NCBI GenBank assembly: GCA_947258795.1
Contig: CAMYJU010000016.1
Location: 21,178-85,177, forward strand
Reading direction: 5' to 3'
Length of the DNA stretch: 64,000 nt
Origin: an uncultured Gammaproteobacteria bacterium
GTDB taxonomy: Bacteria > Pseudomonadota > Gammaproteobacteria > DRJJ01
Shown: in pieces, positions 31,058 to 41,871 of the stretch
Layout of the letters: each line of letters starts with the position of its first letter
How positions within the stretch are numbered: position 1 is the first letter of the stretch
The notes under the pieces: generated by a model
Database searches by the model: none
The model's input: the letters and a program-made list of their open reading frames with translations, nothing else
Told to the model about the DNA's origin: nothing
Translations under genes and position numbers: made by a program

Positions 31058-31353
31058 CTTTTCGATTCCTTATTCAGAACAGGGCTACTCATAACAACAA
31101 CACACTATTGTACCGGCTTGGATGCAGCTGTGCACCCGGACCGGGACAGCCATCAGCATATACCGCTCGATTGAACGATCTGGAAACTACCTGTCTAAAT
31201 AATGGAATGTTATTAAGCCTTACTCACAAGTTTATGGCCTATCTATCGATTAAACATGGTAATATTAATTAATATAGGCTATAAACCATATGTACTGTAC
31301 TAGATTTACACAGATGCAATCAGGCAATCGCGGTGCTTGTCAGATATTTCAAT

Positions 31354-31407
31354 ATGAAACAGGCTATTACAACACCTGTTTCATAAACAACATCTGACTC
31401 GTATAAT
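31354..31407 (+). promoter_or_regulatory. Perfect 10-bp inverted repeat (atgaaacagg N11 cctgtttcat) followed by a TATAAT hexamer upstream of the cyclase gene
   Basis: Read directly from sequence; lies in a 440-bp AT-rich non-coding stretch. Confidence 0.35.
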
Positions 31408-31499
31408 AAACAGGTAGCGCCAATAACAATAACAATTCGTGTCTGATTGAAGAACCTAGTTGTGATATATGCTAAGACTACCCTTGGGGGAAGCGGGAC

Positions 31500-33068
31500 G
31501 TGTTTCTGTCGAATAAAAAACGAGCTGGGCAAAACGGCAATATTCGTCAAGGTATAAGGGATAGCAAATCAATTAATAAGGATGCTGTCTACCGACACGT
31601 CTGGCGCTTCTGGCCACGCTATATTCCAATCGCATTAAAGTTGTCACTGGCCATAGGGGTGATGTTGAGTCTGGTCATGTTTTTACTTGGCGCGATCATT
31701 ATCCATAATCAGACCGAATTGTTGAACCACCAGATACTGAGTAACGGCCGCATCGTCGTCAAACAAATGGCCGAATCAGCCAAGGAACCCATACTGGCGA
31801 ATGATGTACTGCAACTGGATGTACTGACCAATAGCCTGGCCAGTTCCGATGATATTATTGGCACCTCTATCTACTCGGCGGAAGGCAAGTCCCTGTCCAG
31901 CGCCGGCCCCCAGCCCTTTGAACCCTATGCCCCACTGGCCGGCCATGACATGACCTACCTGAAAAGATCGCCGATTACCGTACCATGGACCTGGCAGGAT
32001 TCAGCCTATGGCGACCTGGATGCGATATCCTACATCAGCCCGATCAGCTACAAGAACATTACCGCCGGCTATGTACTGACTACCTTCAGCCGCAAGAAAA
32101 TGACCAGTAGTATCCGCGATTCGATCCATTCCATCGTGCTGGCCACCCTGTTCCTGATACCGTTGGGTATCGCACTTTCCTATTTCATTTCCAAGAACTT
32201 TGCCCGTCCGCTGCAGGAACTGATGGATGCCAGCCGCGCGATAGACCAGGGCGAATACCGCTATCGCCTGACTGAAAAACGCAATGATGAAATCGGTTAT
32301 CTGATGTCGGCTTTTAATAGCATGGCCCACGGTATGCTACAGAAAAAACAGGTGGAAGAGGCCTTCGCCAAACACGTGCCTGCCAGTGTGGTCAAAAATG
32401 TCCTGGCCAATCTGAATGGCATACAGCTTGGTGGCACCCATACCCAGGCCAGTGTCATGTTTCTGGATATCGAAGGATTCACATCCAAATCCGAAAGCCT
32501 CTCACCGACCGAGGTAGGTGAATTGCTGAACGAATTCTTTACCTATATATCGGATACCGTACACCTCTATAAAGGTACCATCGACAAGTATATGGGTGAT
32601 TGTGCCATGCTGGTGTTCGGGGTACCTGAACCGGATGACGACCATATATTCCACTCGATTTCCTATGCGGTTTTCTTCCAGAAACTGCTGGTCAGAATAA
32701 ATAATATACGCTTGTCCCGCAGTAAGCTCCCGGTCAAATTCCGCATTGGCCTGAATACCGGTGAAGTACTGGCCGGTAATATGGGCTCAATCGATCGTGT
32801 ACAGTTCACCGTCGTCGGCGATACCGTTAACCTGGCGTCACGCCTGTGCTCCTTGTCCAACCCTGAACAGGTTCTGATTACCGAAGAAACCTACAATATC
32901 CCTATGGTACGTAAACGTATCGTCGCTACACGGTTTGACACCATACATGTCCGGGGTAAAGCAAGTCCGGTAAGCCTGTATCAGGTACATGATGTGGTTG
33001 AACCATACCGGACTGACATGGAACAGGAAATCCGCAGAATCTTACTTAAAACCCAACAGACACAATGA
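31500..33068 (+). CDS. Membrane-bound class III adenylate/guanylate cyclase with periplasmic sensor and HAMP domain
   Basis: 522 aa, GTG start (true start uncertain); TM1-periplasmic region-TM2-HAMP; cyclase motifs VMFLDIEGFT, KYMGDCAMLVFG, FTVVGDTVNLASRL. Confidence 0.85.
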   Translation: MFLSNKKRAGQNGNIRQGIRDSKSINKDAVYRHVWRFWPRYIPIALKLSLAIGVMLSLVMFLLGAIIIHNQTELLNHQILSNGRIVVKQMAESAKEPILANDVLQLDVLTNSLASSDDIIGTSIYSAEGKSLSSAGPQPFEPYAPLAGHDMTYLKRSPITVPWTWQDSAYGDLDAISYISPISYKNITAGYVLTTFSRKKMTSSIRDSIHSIVLATLFLIPLGIALSYFISKNFARPLQELMDASRAIDQGEYRYRLTEKRNDEIGYLMSAFNSMAHGMLQKKQVEEAFAKHVPASVVKNVLANLNGIQLGGTHTQASVMFLDIEGFTSKSESLSPTEVGELLNEFFTYISDTVHLYKGTIDKYMGDCAMLVFGVPEPDDDHIFHSISYAVFFQKLLVRINNIRLSRSKLPVKFRIGLNTGEVLAGNMGSIDRVQFTVVGDTVNLASRLCSLSNPEQVLITEETYNIPMVRKRIVATRFDTIHVRGKASPVSLYQVHDVVEPYRTDMEQEIRRILLKTQQTQ

Positions 33069-34162
33069 ACCGTTTTACTATCCTGCTGCTCATGTTGTTC
33101 GCAGTTATCAGTGGCTGCCAGATACTGCCGGCAAAAAACGAGCATCGACAGATAGATGAACTGGATGCACTACGCAGTCTCAATGAATATGACAAGGCAC
33201 TGGCACGCGCGCGCCAGCTGAAAAATTACTTCAATACACCCACCCATAAAAAACTGCTACAGGATGTACGCAGCGAAGCGGACGCCTATGACGAACAACA
33301 GGCAAGCAAGGTACAGGCCAAAATCATCGAACAGGACTGGGGTGGCGCATATAAATTACTCAATGAATCGTTACGCAAGTATTCCGGCGGCGAAAAAATA
33401 CAGGCCGCCGAACGCGAGTTCATCAACCGTAATGCAGTAAGCCTGCGTGAGCTTTATGCACGCATGTTACTGGCCAAGGCCGAATGGCTGCTGCAATCAG
33501 AAAAAATCCAGCAGGCAATCAACGCCACCCAGGTCCGTGAAAAACCGGAGAGTTCAAACATCCTGCCGTCACCCGAGCGCAAGGCCATAGCACAACAGCT
33601 GTTTGACTTCGGCAAGGCTGCCTATAACGAAGGAAACCTCAATCTGGCCAATGACCTGTACACCATGTCAGACAGGCTTGACCCGACCCTGGATATCGGA
33701 CGCGCCCGGGCGCAGCTGGACCAGTTACGTTATCAGCGCATCCAGGAACAACAGCAGGTTCAGCAGGCCCAGCAACAGAAAACCAGGCTGCAAACTCAGC
33801 GCCGGATTAAAAAGCTCAGTAATGAAACAGAAGAATATCTGCGTACCGGCGACCTGGTTGCTGCACGCGTATGGTTGTCCAAGTTACGCGCCACTGACAG
33901 GCACAGCAAGGAATACGAAAAGCTGCGCAAGAAGCTGACAGAGAAAATGAGTTCGCGTATCGACACCATGATCCAGCGCGGCAATACCCTGTACAGCAAC
34001 AATCGCTATGAAGAGGCGATTCTGGTGTGGAAAAACGCACTGGAACTGGACCCAAACAACAGCAAGATCCAGGCGAATATCGCACGCGCCGAACGCATAC
34101 TCAAACGCCTGAACGAACTGGAGCGGCGCGAGAGCAATTCAGACGCGGCCCAGCAAAGGTAA
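33065..34162 (+). CDS. TPR/coiled-coil lipoprotein
   Basis: 365 aa; lipobox LFAVISGC; Gln/Arg-rich helices and TPR-like C-terminus; 4-bp overlap with cyclase gene. Confidence 0.6.
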   Translation: MNRFTILLLMLFAVISGCQILPAKNEHRQIDELDALRSLNEYDKALARARQLKNYFNTPTHKKLLQDVRSEADAYDEQQASKVQAKIIEQDWGGAYKLLNESLRKYSGGEKIQAAEREFINRNAVSLRELYARMLLAKAEWLLQSEKIQQAINATQVREKPESSNILPSPERKAIAQQLFDFGKAAYNEGNLNLANDLYTMSDRLDPTLDIGRARAQLDQLRYQRIQEQQQVQQAQQQKTRLQTQRRIKKLSNETEEYLRTGDLVAARVWLSKLRATDRHSKEYEKLRKKLTEKMSSRIDTMIQRGNTLYSNNRYEEAILVWKNALELDPNNSKIQANIARAERILKRLNELERRESNSDAAQQR

Positions 34163-34181
34163 ACGCGCTCGCGAAACCGGG

Positions 34182-36434
34182 TCACGACTCAACCAGCAGC
34201 GCATCCACCTTACGGAATCCCCGGGCCAGCTTGCTGCCCCGCCTTCCCCGCTCGCCGGCATATTCATCCACTTCATCCGCCTTCATGGTCTTGTGGCGCT
34301 GGCCTGACAGCAGGGTCAGTTTCTCACCATCCTGTATCGTGCAAATTGCACTGACATATTCCTCTCGGGCGGCGGCTCGCCTGGATGGAATGCCAATAAT
34401 CTTGTTGCCCTTGCCCTTGGGTAAAACTGGCAACTCGGAACTATCAACCACCAGCATGTTGCCCTCGGTAGTCACCACAACCACCCAGTCCTTTTCCAGA
34501 TCACGTACCATGACCGGCGGTAACAGGCGACATCCTTTTGGTACCGAAACAACTTTCTTGCCAGTCTTGTTACGGGTAAGCATCTCTTCCAGTTTGATAA
34601 AGAACCCGTACCCGGCATCAGATGCCAGCAGGACATGGTCATCCGGTTCACCCATGATCACACCGACAAACTCCGCACCCGGTGGAGTCTTGAAACGCCC
34701 GGTCAGTGGCTCCCCCTGTCCACGCGCCGATGGCAGGCTGTGCGCCATCAGGGCGTAGCTACGCCCACTGCTGTCCAGAAACACAGCTAACTGGTTCGAA
34801 CGGCCCTGTGCCGATGCCTGGTAGGCATCACCTGACTTGTATGCCAGGCTGCGCCCGTCGACATCATGTCCCTTTGCTGCCCTCGCCCAGCCACGCTGTG
34901 ACAGTACCACGGTCTGGTTTTCGCTGGGCACCAGGTCGGTTTCATCCAGTGCCTGCGCAGCCTCACGGGATACGATCGGTGAACGTCGGTCATCACCATA
35001 GTCCCCGGCATCGGCCTTGATCTCTTTCTTGAGCAGGGTCTGCATACGCTGCTTTGAACCCAGCGTCTTTTTCAGTTGATCACGTTCCTCGACCAGCGCC
35101 TGCTGTTCTTCACGTATTTTCATTTCTTCCAGACGGGCCAGTTGACGCAGTCGCGTATCCAGGATGTAGTCGGCCTGCTCTTCTGACAGTTTGAAGCGTT
35201 TGATCAGGACCGGCTTGGGCTTGTCCTCCTTGCGGATAATCGCGATAACCTCGTCAAGGTTTAGGAAAACAATTAACGCGGCATCAAGCAGGTGCAGTCG
35301 TTTATTGACCTTGTCCAGACGAAACTCCAGGCGGCGTCTGACGGTTTCCAGGCGGAACTTTAACCATTGCTTGAGCAGACTGCGCAGATCGAACACCTGT
35401 GGACGACCTTCCAGGCCGATCATGTTCATATTGACACGATAGCTGCGCTCCAGATCGGTGGTTGCAAACAGGTGCGCCATCAAACGTTTGGTGTCCACCC
35501 GGTTGGAACGAGTTACGACAACCAGGCGTACCGGGTTTTCATGGTCTGACTCGTCACGCAGGTCCTCCACCAGCGGCAGTTTTTTCGCCTGCATCTGCGC
35601 TGCAATCTGCTCCAGTATACGTGCACCCGAGACCTGGTAGGGCAGCGCGGTGATAATGATGTCACTGCCTTCCTTTTCAAACACCGCACGGCTACGTATC
35701 GAGCCATGACCGGTCAGGTACGTATTAAGAATTTCACTACGCGGGGTAATGATCTCGGCCTCGGTCGGATAATCCGGGCCCTTGATATGCTCACACAGTT
35801 GTTCAACCGTCGACTTGGGCTGGTCCAGCAGCCTAATACAGGCACTGGCCACCTCACGTAGATTGTGCGGCGGGATATCCGTCGCCATACCGACAGCGAT
35901 TCCACTACCGCCATTCAACAGTACATTGGGCAGACGTGCCGGTAATAATTCCGGCTCTTGCAGGGTACCATCGAAATTCGGGCCCCAGTCCACGGTACCC
36001 TGGCCGAGCTCCGCCAGCAGCAACTGCGCATAGCCGGCCATACGCGATTCGGTATAGCGCATTGCCGCAAAGGACTTAGGGTCGTCCTGCGACCCCCAGT
36101 TCCCCTGACCATCGACCAGTGGGTAACGGTACGAGAACGGCTGCGCCATCAATACCATGGCCTCATAGCAGGCGCTATCGCCATGCGGGTGGAACTTACC
36201 CAGTACATCCCCGACCGTACGTGCCGATTTCTTGTACTTGGATGTCGCATTCAAACCCAATTCAGACATCGCGTAGATAATGCGCCGCTGCACCGGTTTC
36301 AGACCATCGGCCAGGTTAGGCAACGCACGATCAAGAATCACATACATGGAGTAGTCCAGGTAGGCCTTCTCGGTATACTGTTTCAATGGCATTTTTTCGA
36401 GGCCATCGAAATCAAGCGGCATGTTATCGGACAT
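34182..36434 (-). CDS. parC: DNA topoisomerase IV subunit A
   Basis: 750 aa; [13 protein letters not shown] and active-site Tyr region; length fits ParC rather than GyrA. Confidence 0.93.
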   Translation of the reverse strand: MSDNMPLDFDGLEKMPLKQYTEKAYLDYSMYVILDRALPNLADGLKPVQRRIIYAMSELGLNATSKYKKSARTVGDVLGKFHPHGDSACYEAMVLMAQPFSYRYPLVDGQGNWGSQDDPKSFAAMRYTESRMAGYAQLLLAELGQGTVDWGPNFDGTLQEPELLPARLPNVLLNGGSGIAVGMATDIPPHNLREVASACIRLLDQPKSTVEQLCEHIKGPDYPTEAEIITPRSEILNTYLTGHGSIRSRAVFEKEGSDIIITALPYQVSGARILEQIAAQMQAKKLPLVEDLRDESDHENPVRLVVVTRSNRVDTKRLMAHLFATTDLERSYRVNMNMIGLEGRPQVFDLRSLLKQWLKFRLETVRRRLEFRLDKVNKRLHLLDAALIVFLNLDEVIAIIRKEDKPKPVLIKRFKLSEEQADYILDTRLRQLARLEEMKIREEQQALVEERDQLKKTLGSKQRMQTLLKKEIKADAGDYGDDRRSPIVSREAAQALDETDLVPSENQTVVLSQRGWARAAKGHDVDGRSLAYKSGDAYQASAQGRSNQLAVFLDSSGRSYALMAHSLPSARGQGEPLTGRFKTPPGAEFVGVIMGEPDDHVLLASDAGYGFFIKLEEMLTRNKTGKKVVSVPKGCRLLPPVMVRDLEKDWVVVVTTEGNMLVVDSSELPVLPKGKGNKIIGIPSRRAAAREEYVSAICTIQDGEKLTLLSGQRHKTMKADEVDEYAGERGRRGSKLARGFRKVDALLVES

Positions 36435-36480
36435 GCGTTTCTATCCTCATAAAGTTATCTTGGAGCGCTAGCTTCCTGAT

Positions 36481-36570
36481 CGCTATGTTCTTTACTGACC
36501 GTCGGCCGCATGGACGCGGCCGTCGAGCCTACATGGATGTATTTACGGCGTGTCAGCAAAGAACATAGCG
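36481..36570. repeat. 90-bp nested imperfect palindrome in the parE-parC intergenic spacer
   Basis: Outer arms cgctatgttctttactgac / gtcagcaaagaacatagcg (1 mismatch); inner hairpin cggccgc-atggac-gcggccg. Confidence 0.7.
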
Positions 36571-36592
36571 GACAGGGAGCGAAATATTTACA

Positions 36593-38479
36593 CTACACAA
36601 CCGCAAGATCGCCCTTCTTCTCCAGCCATGCCTTGCGGTCTGATGAACGTTTTTTGGACAACAACATATCCATCAGCTGATCTGTTTTATCGGCTGAGCC
36701 CAGCGTCAGTTGCACCAGTCTGCGCGTATCCGGGTCCATGGTAGTTTCACGCAGTTGCATCGGATTCATCTCACCCAGCCCCTTGAAGCGCTGTACATCC
36801 ACCTTGCCCTTGAGCTTCTCGGCTTCGATACGGTCCAGTACGCCCTGTTTCTCGCTGTCATCCAGTGCATAGTAAACATCCTTGCCCACATCGACACGGT
36901 ACAATGGCGGCATGGCTACATAGACATGCCCTTCCTCGACCAGCGCGCGGAAATGGCGCAGGAACAGCGCGCATAACAACGTCGCGATATGAGCACCGTC
37001 AGAATCGGCGTCCGCCAGTATGCAGATACGATTGTAGCGCAAACCTGACAGGTTCGGATTACCCGGGTCCACACCGATGGCCTGGGCGATGTCGTGTACT
37101 TCCTGTGATCCCAGTACCGAGGCCGAGTCAACTTCCCAGGTATTGAGTATCTTGCCACGCAATGGCATCACTGCCTGGTATTCACGATTGCGCGCCTGCT
37201 TCGCAGAACCGCCGGCCGAATCGCCTTCCACCAGAAACAGTTCGGTACGACCGGCGTCCTGGGAACTGCAGTCGGCCAGCTTGCCGGGCAAGGCCGGACC
37301 ACTGGTTACCTTCTTGCGCACCACTTTTTTACCAGCACGCAGACGCTGCTGGGCATTCTGTATCGCCAGCATGGCTATTTTCTCGCCGGTCTCGCTATGC
37401 TGATTCAACCACAGCCCAAACGCATCCTTGACCACACCGGACACAAATGCCGCACATTCACGCGATGACAGCCGTTCCTTGGTTTGTCCGGAAAATTGCG
37501 GATCAGACAGCTTGACCGATAGCACATAACTTACGCGATCCCAGACATCCTCGGGTGCAATGCGCACACCTCGTGGTACCAGGTTCCTGAATTCGCAGAA
37601 TTCGCGTACCGCCTCGGTCAGGCCGGTACGCAGACCATTCACGTGTGTGCCGCCCTGCGCGGTCGGGATCAGGTTAACATAGCTCTCCATCACCCCTTCG
37701 CCACCATCCGGTAACCAGACGACTGCCCAGTCCGCCATTTCAGAACGACCCTGCATATGACCGGAAAAAGGCTCTTCCGGCAGGCAGCTGGCGCCTGACT
37801 GCTCATCCTTCAGGTACTGGGTCAGGCCATCCTGGTATTGCCATTCCTGCTCTTCCCCGGAGGCCTCGTCACTGAATTTAACCAGCAAACCCGGGCACAG
37901 GACCGCCTTGGCCCGCAGCAGATGTTTGAGTTTAAGGACAGAGATACGGGGCGAATCAAAATACTTCGGATCAGGCCAGAAACGCACGGTGGTCCCGGTA
38001 TTGCGCTTGCCGACCGTACCCACCACCTCCAGAGGAGTCTTGCGCTGACCATGCGCAAACGAGATATTGTATTCTTTGCCTCCCCGGCGTACCCAAACCT
38101 CCATATGTTTGGACAAAGCGTTGACGACCGAAACACCGACACCGTGCAAACCACCCGAGTAGGTATAATTCTTGTCAGAAAATTTACCGCCGGCATGCAG
38201 GCGGGTCAGGATCACCTCGACACCCGGGAGCTTCAGCTGCGGGTGCTTGTCCACGGGCATACCACGGCCGTCGTCACGCACCTCAACCGAACCGTCCTTG
38301 TACAGCGAGACGTCTATGGTCCTGGCATAACCGCTGATCGCCTCATCGACACTGTTGTCGACTACCTCCTGCGCCAGATGGTTGGGACGTGTCGTATCGG
38401 TATACATCCCGGGGCGTTTGCGCACCGGTTCCAGGCCGGTGAGCACCTCTATCGAGGCCGCATCATAATCGGTCGTCAT
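36593..38479 (-). CDS. parE: DNA topoisomerase IV subunit B
   Basis: 628 aa; GHKL ATPase, Toprim EGDSAGG; adjacent to parC. Confidence 0.93.
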   Translation of the reverse strand: MTTDYDAASIEVLTGLEPVRKRPGMYTDTTRPNHLAQEVVDNSVDEAISGYARTIDVSLYKDGSVEVRDDGRGMPVDKHPQLKLPGVEVILTRLHAGGKFSDKNYTYSGGLHGVGVSVVNALSKHMEVWVRRGGKEYNISFAHGQRKTPLEVVGTVGKRNTGTTVRFWPDPKYFDSPRISVLKLKHLLRAKAVLCPGLLVKFSDEASGEEQEWQYQDGLTQYLKDEQSGASCLPEEPFSGHMQGRSEMADWAVVWLPDGGEGVMESYVNLIPTAQGGTHVNGLRTGLTEAVREFCEFRNLVPRGVRIAPEDVWDRVSYVLSVKLSDPQFSGQTKERLSSRECAAFVSGVVKDAFGLWLNQHSETGEKIAMLAIQNAQQRLRAGKKVVRKKVTSGPALPGKLADCSSQDAGRTELFLVEGDSAGGSAKQARNREYQAVMPLRGKILNTWEVDSASVLGSQEVHDIAQAIGVDPGNPNLSGLRYNRICILADADSDGAHIATLLCALFLRHFRALVEEGHVYVAMPPLYRVDVGKDVYYALDDSEKQGVLDRIEAEKLKGKVDVQRFKGLGEMNPMQLRETTMDPDTRRLVQLTLGSADKTDQLMDMLLSKKRSSDRKAWLEKKGDLAVV

Positions 38480-39087
38480 TCAAACACCCCGATACTTTGT
38501 TCTGGTGGGTAACGGAGATTACGGATAATCTCTGACACATTGGTACTGGTTTCATAGTGAACACAAAAATATTCTTCAAACAGATCGTAGCGGTAACGGC
38601 CACTGCCTTCCTTCTCAATAGCACGCCATTTCGCTGTTTTTTGCAGTCTGAAATCACCGTCACCCACCGCATAGGCATAGGTCTTGTACTCGCCGGTCTC
38701 GCAGCGAATTCCTTCATGGCGCAAATTACGAACACCACTGGAGGACTGGATGACGACAGTAAAACGCCTGACCCCGTCATGTTCACCGATACTCAGTGAA
38801 GCGGAGTCAATCGCATAACGATAGTTGTCATAACCGCGGCTTACGACCTGTAACGGGATCAGGTTATGCGGCTTGGGTAGTTCAGGCAGGGTCTCGTTCT
38901 GTTCCTGCCATTGATGCTCTTCGATATGCTCGGGCAATTCCACCATCTCGGAAATGTCGGCACGCAACGGAACGGCCATCATCAGCAGTACACTGATTGC
39001 CATCAATCGGGAACAGGTCAGTTTTATCATCAATCTGCACTTGTTATTAACATAACAGCCCGGCGCAGGCCAGGCTGACCGGATCAT
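38476..39087 (-). CDS. Hypothetical periplasmic protein, possibly CNP1-like lipoprotein family
   Basis: 203 aa with signal peptide; 4-bp overlap with parE; family assignment from memory only. Confidence 0.4.
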   Translation of the reverse strand: MIRSAWPAPGCYVNNKCRLMIKLTCSRLMAISVLLMMAVPLRADISEMVELPEHIEEHQWQEQNETLPELPKPHNLIPLQVVSRGYDNYRYAIDSASLSIGEHDGVRRFTVVIQSSSGVRNLRHEGIRCETGEYKTYAYAVGDGDFRLQKTAKWRAIEKEGSGRYRYDLFEEYFCVHYETSTNVSEIIRNLRYPPEQSIGVFE

Positions 39088-39143
39088 TATAACAAGCCTG
39101 GACTGATAGTGGCAGACAGGATGCCGCTGATGAGACCCTGATT

Positions 39144-39746
39144 TCAGGCCAGATCTTCCACCAGTGATTGTCGCAGGACCTCAGTGACCGGGGAGGCCTG
39201 CTCACGCAGGTAGTCATGGTCAATACCGACACTGATAGAGCCCCCCGACCTGGCGCTGGCAATCATTTCCGGTGTCAGTTCAAAGCGGAGAAAGTGGACC
39301 GATGAGGTCTTGGTCTCGTTGGCCCTTTCCAGGTCTTCGTCGGCGATAGCGAACACCCTGTCGTGACCCTCTACGCTGACCCAGACGCGATCTTCCACAC
39401 CCAGCAGCTTTTCCAGCGCTATTTTACGTTCATTCTCATCTACATATTCGATCATAAACGTGACTTTCCAGTTGCTACCATCCGGGATCATCGGGTTATA
39501 GGTATCCAGTTCCTCCTGGATTGCCTCGGCCTCGAAGATGCGTTCTATACGCAACATCTCCTGGATCTGGTACTGCATGATCATCCTGTTCTCGAAGTGC
39601 AGACTGGCATGTTCACCCAGCTTCAAAACCCGGGTTTTCTTCTGCTCCATCACCTCACTGCGGAAGTCCTGACGGACCTCTGCATATTTCTCGAGACTGT
39701 ACAAATCATCTCTGGTCAGTTTCTGTTCGCTCATATCAAATTCCAT
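39144..39746 (-). CDS. DUF3501 family protein
   Basis: 200 aa; sits downstream of the CCG-domain Fe-S protein as in the conserved Rbr/Fe-S/DUF3501 arrangement. Confidence 0.65.
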   Translation of the reverse strand: MEFDMSEQKLTRDDLYSLEKYAEVRQDFRSEVMEQKKTRVLKLGEHASLHFENRMIMQYQIQEMLRIERIFEAEAIQEELDTYNPMIPDGSNWKVTFMIEYVDENERKIALEKLLGVEDRVWVSVEGHDRVFAIADEDLERANETKTSSVHFLRFELTPEMIASARSGGSISVGIDHDYLREQASPVTEVLRQSLVEDLA

Positions 39747-41073
39747 ACGCCTTGCGCAGCAGGCTGATCGGATGTACCAGCGTGCTGTTGTCTTTCATAC
39801 CATTGGCAATCTGATGCCCTGCCATCGGACAATCACTGGTGTAATAATCCGGCTCGAATTGCTTGACCCGGTTTACGACAGGACGGGCAATCTTCATCGA
39901 TATCTCGTGAAATTCCTTTTTAACGGCATAGGTGCCGTCATGTCCCGAACAACGTTCGATCGCCTCGATCTTTGTTTCCGGTATAAGCTGGAGTATATCG
40001 CGCGTCTTCATGCCGATACGCTGAACACGCTGGTGACAGGCCACATGGTAACTGACCTTGCCCAGCGGATGTTTGAAATCGGTATTCAGCCGGCCGTCCT
40101 TGTTGCGTAGCATTAGGTATTCGAACGGGTCAAACATGGCATCCCTGACCTTTGCCACCTGGGCATCATTCGGGAACATCAAGGGCAATTCCTGCTTGAA
40201 CATCAGTACGCAGGAAGGCACCGGTGCAATCAGATCCCAGCCCTGATCCACCAGCTCGGCCAGCATCGGAATATTGACTTCCTTTGCCTTTTGTACGGAT
40301 TCGAGGTCACCGAGTTCCAGCTTGGGCATACCACAGCATTGCTCACGGTTTGCAAAACCCACCTGCAAACCATTATGTTCCAGCACCTTGACCAGGTCAT
40401 CACCAATCTGTGGCTCGTTGTAATTGGCGTAACAGGTTGTGAAAATCGCAACCTTACCGCTGGTCTGGTCAGTCGCAACCGGCTCGATACCCTGGCTGGT
40501 ATAGCCCTGGTATTGCTTGCGCAGGGTCTTGCTATGGTATTTCGGTACCACGGCGTCCTTGTGTACCCCCAGTTGCGACTCGATAATATTGCGCATACCG
40601 CTGTTTCGATTGGCCGCGTTCACGATATTCACCACAACCGGGATACCGGCCAGACTACCCACCTTGTCGGTTGATGACAGCAACTCATCACGCTTGCTGG
40701 CGCCCTGCTTGCGGTATCGTACCGCCTTGGCACGTAGCATCAGATGCGGGAAATCGATATTCCATTCATGTGGCGGGATGTACGGGCATTTGGTCAGATA
40801 ACACAGATCACACAGGAAACAGTGATCGACTACTTTCCAGTAGTCTTCTTTTTTGACACCATCGACTTCCATGGTGTCGGACTCATCGACCAGGTCGAAC
40901 AGGGTTGGGAACGAGTTACACAGACTTACACAACGTCGGCAACCGTGACACAGGTCGTAGACCCGCTCCAGTTCCGCAAACAGATTGTCCTCGTCCCAGA
41001 ACGAATCACTGTGCCAGTCCAGCGAATGGCGGGTCGGTGCCTCCAGACTGCCTTCCTGTATACCAGTTGCCAT
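39736..41073 (-). CDS. (Fe-S)-binding oxidoreductase with two 4Fe-4S motifs and two CCG domains (HdrD/GlcF-like)
   Basis: 445 aa; CHGCRRCVSLC and CFLCDLCYLTKCP ferredoxin motifs; CCG-type cysteine clusters (TTCYANY...CCGMP; VACHQ...DCPMAG). Confidence 0.82.
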   Translation of the reverse strand: MATGIQEGSLEAPTRHSLDWHSDSFWDEDNLFAELERVYDLCHGCRRCVSLCNSFPTLFDLVDESDTMEVDGVKKEDYWKVVDHCFLCDLCYLTKCPYIPPHEWNIDFPHLMLRAKAVRYRKQGASKRDELLSSTDKVGSLAGIPVVVNIVNAANRNSGMRNIIESQLGVHKDAVVPKYHSKTLRKQYQGYTSQGIEPVATDQTSGKVAIFTTCYANYNEPQIGDDLVKVLEHNGLQVGFANREQCCGMPKLELGDLESVQKAKEVNIPMLAELVDQGWDLIAPVPSCVLMFKQELPLMFPNDAQVAKVRDAMFDPFEYLMLRNKDGRLNTDFKHPLGKVSYHVACHQRVQRIGMKTRDILQLIPETKIEAIERCSGHDGTYAVKKEFHEISMKIARPVVNRVKQFEPDYYTSDCPMAGHQIANGMKDNSTLVHPISLLRKAYGI

Positions 41074-41153
41074 ACAATGAACCCTCTAATGCAATCGCAA
41101 AGCAAACAGGCCGACATGCGCCGGCCTGTCTGTACTGAAAAACACCTGATTGA

Positions 41154-41573
41154 TTAGCCTTCCAGTGAATCCAGGGCCTTCTGGAAGCGGTTGGCGTGGG
41201 AGCGCTCCGCCTTGGCCAGGGTTTCAAACCAGTCAGCAATCTCGTCAAAGCCTTCATCGCGTGCAGACTTGGCCATACCCGGATACATGTCAGTGTACTC
41301 GTGGGTTTCGCCAGCAATGGCCGCCTTCAGGTTATCGGAAGTACCACCGATCGGCAGGCCGGTAGCCGGATCACCAACGGCTTCCAGGTACTCGAGGTGA
41401 CCATGGGCGTGGCCGGTTTCACCTTCGGCAGTTGAGCGGAACACGGCGGACACATCATTGTAGCCTTCTACGTCAGCCTTGGCCGCGAAGTACAGATACC
41501 GGCGGTTAGCCTGAGATTCACCTGCGAATGCGTCTTTCAGATTTTGTTCGGTTTTGCTTCCTTTAAGATCCAT
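41154..41573 (-). CDS. Rubrerythrin family diiron protein (no rubredoxin domain)
   Basis: 139 aa; two E...ExxH half-sites ([23 protein letters not shown]...ERSHANRF). Confidence 0.85.
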   Translation of the reverse strand: MDLKGSKTEQNLKDAFAGESQANRRYLYFAAKADVEGYNDVSAVFRSTAEGETGHAHGHLEYLEAVGDPATGLPIGGTSDNLKAAIAGETHEYTDMYPGMAKSARDEGFDEIADWFETLAKAERSHANRFQKALDSLEG

Positions 41574-41871
41574 TGTAGTCTCCTCCTGCTGTCGGATAGG
41601 TTGAAAAACTGTTTTTAGACTTAGTCTAAGACTGGCGACAATTTAGCCCAATTGCTACGGCCTGTCAACACGTGCTGGGAATCTGTTGCTCCTTCAATGT
41701 CCTGAAAATACACCGTCTCCCTGTTGTTGATCGGTCAAGCTGGATCCACGCTGCTACGGTCACGACAAGCAGCTCATCACCACACTGCCCCATTCTCGGG
41801 ATCATCTGTGACAGCATAAATCTTATTGTCGATACAAGCAAAACTCCCGATCCGCCCGACATACTGGTAAG

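Noticed and set aside
38476-39087. Reading the parE-overlapping gene as a defence or toxin component
   Set aside because: It has a signal peptide and resembles a periplasmic CNP1-like lipoprotein; nothing suggests a toxin or nuclease.
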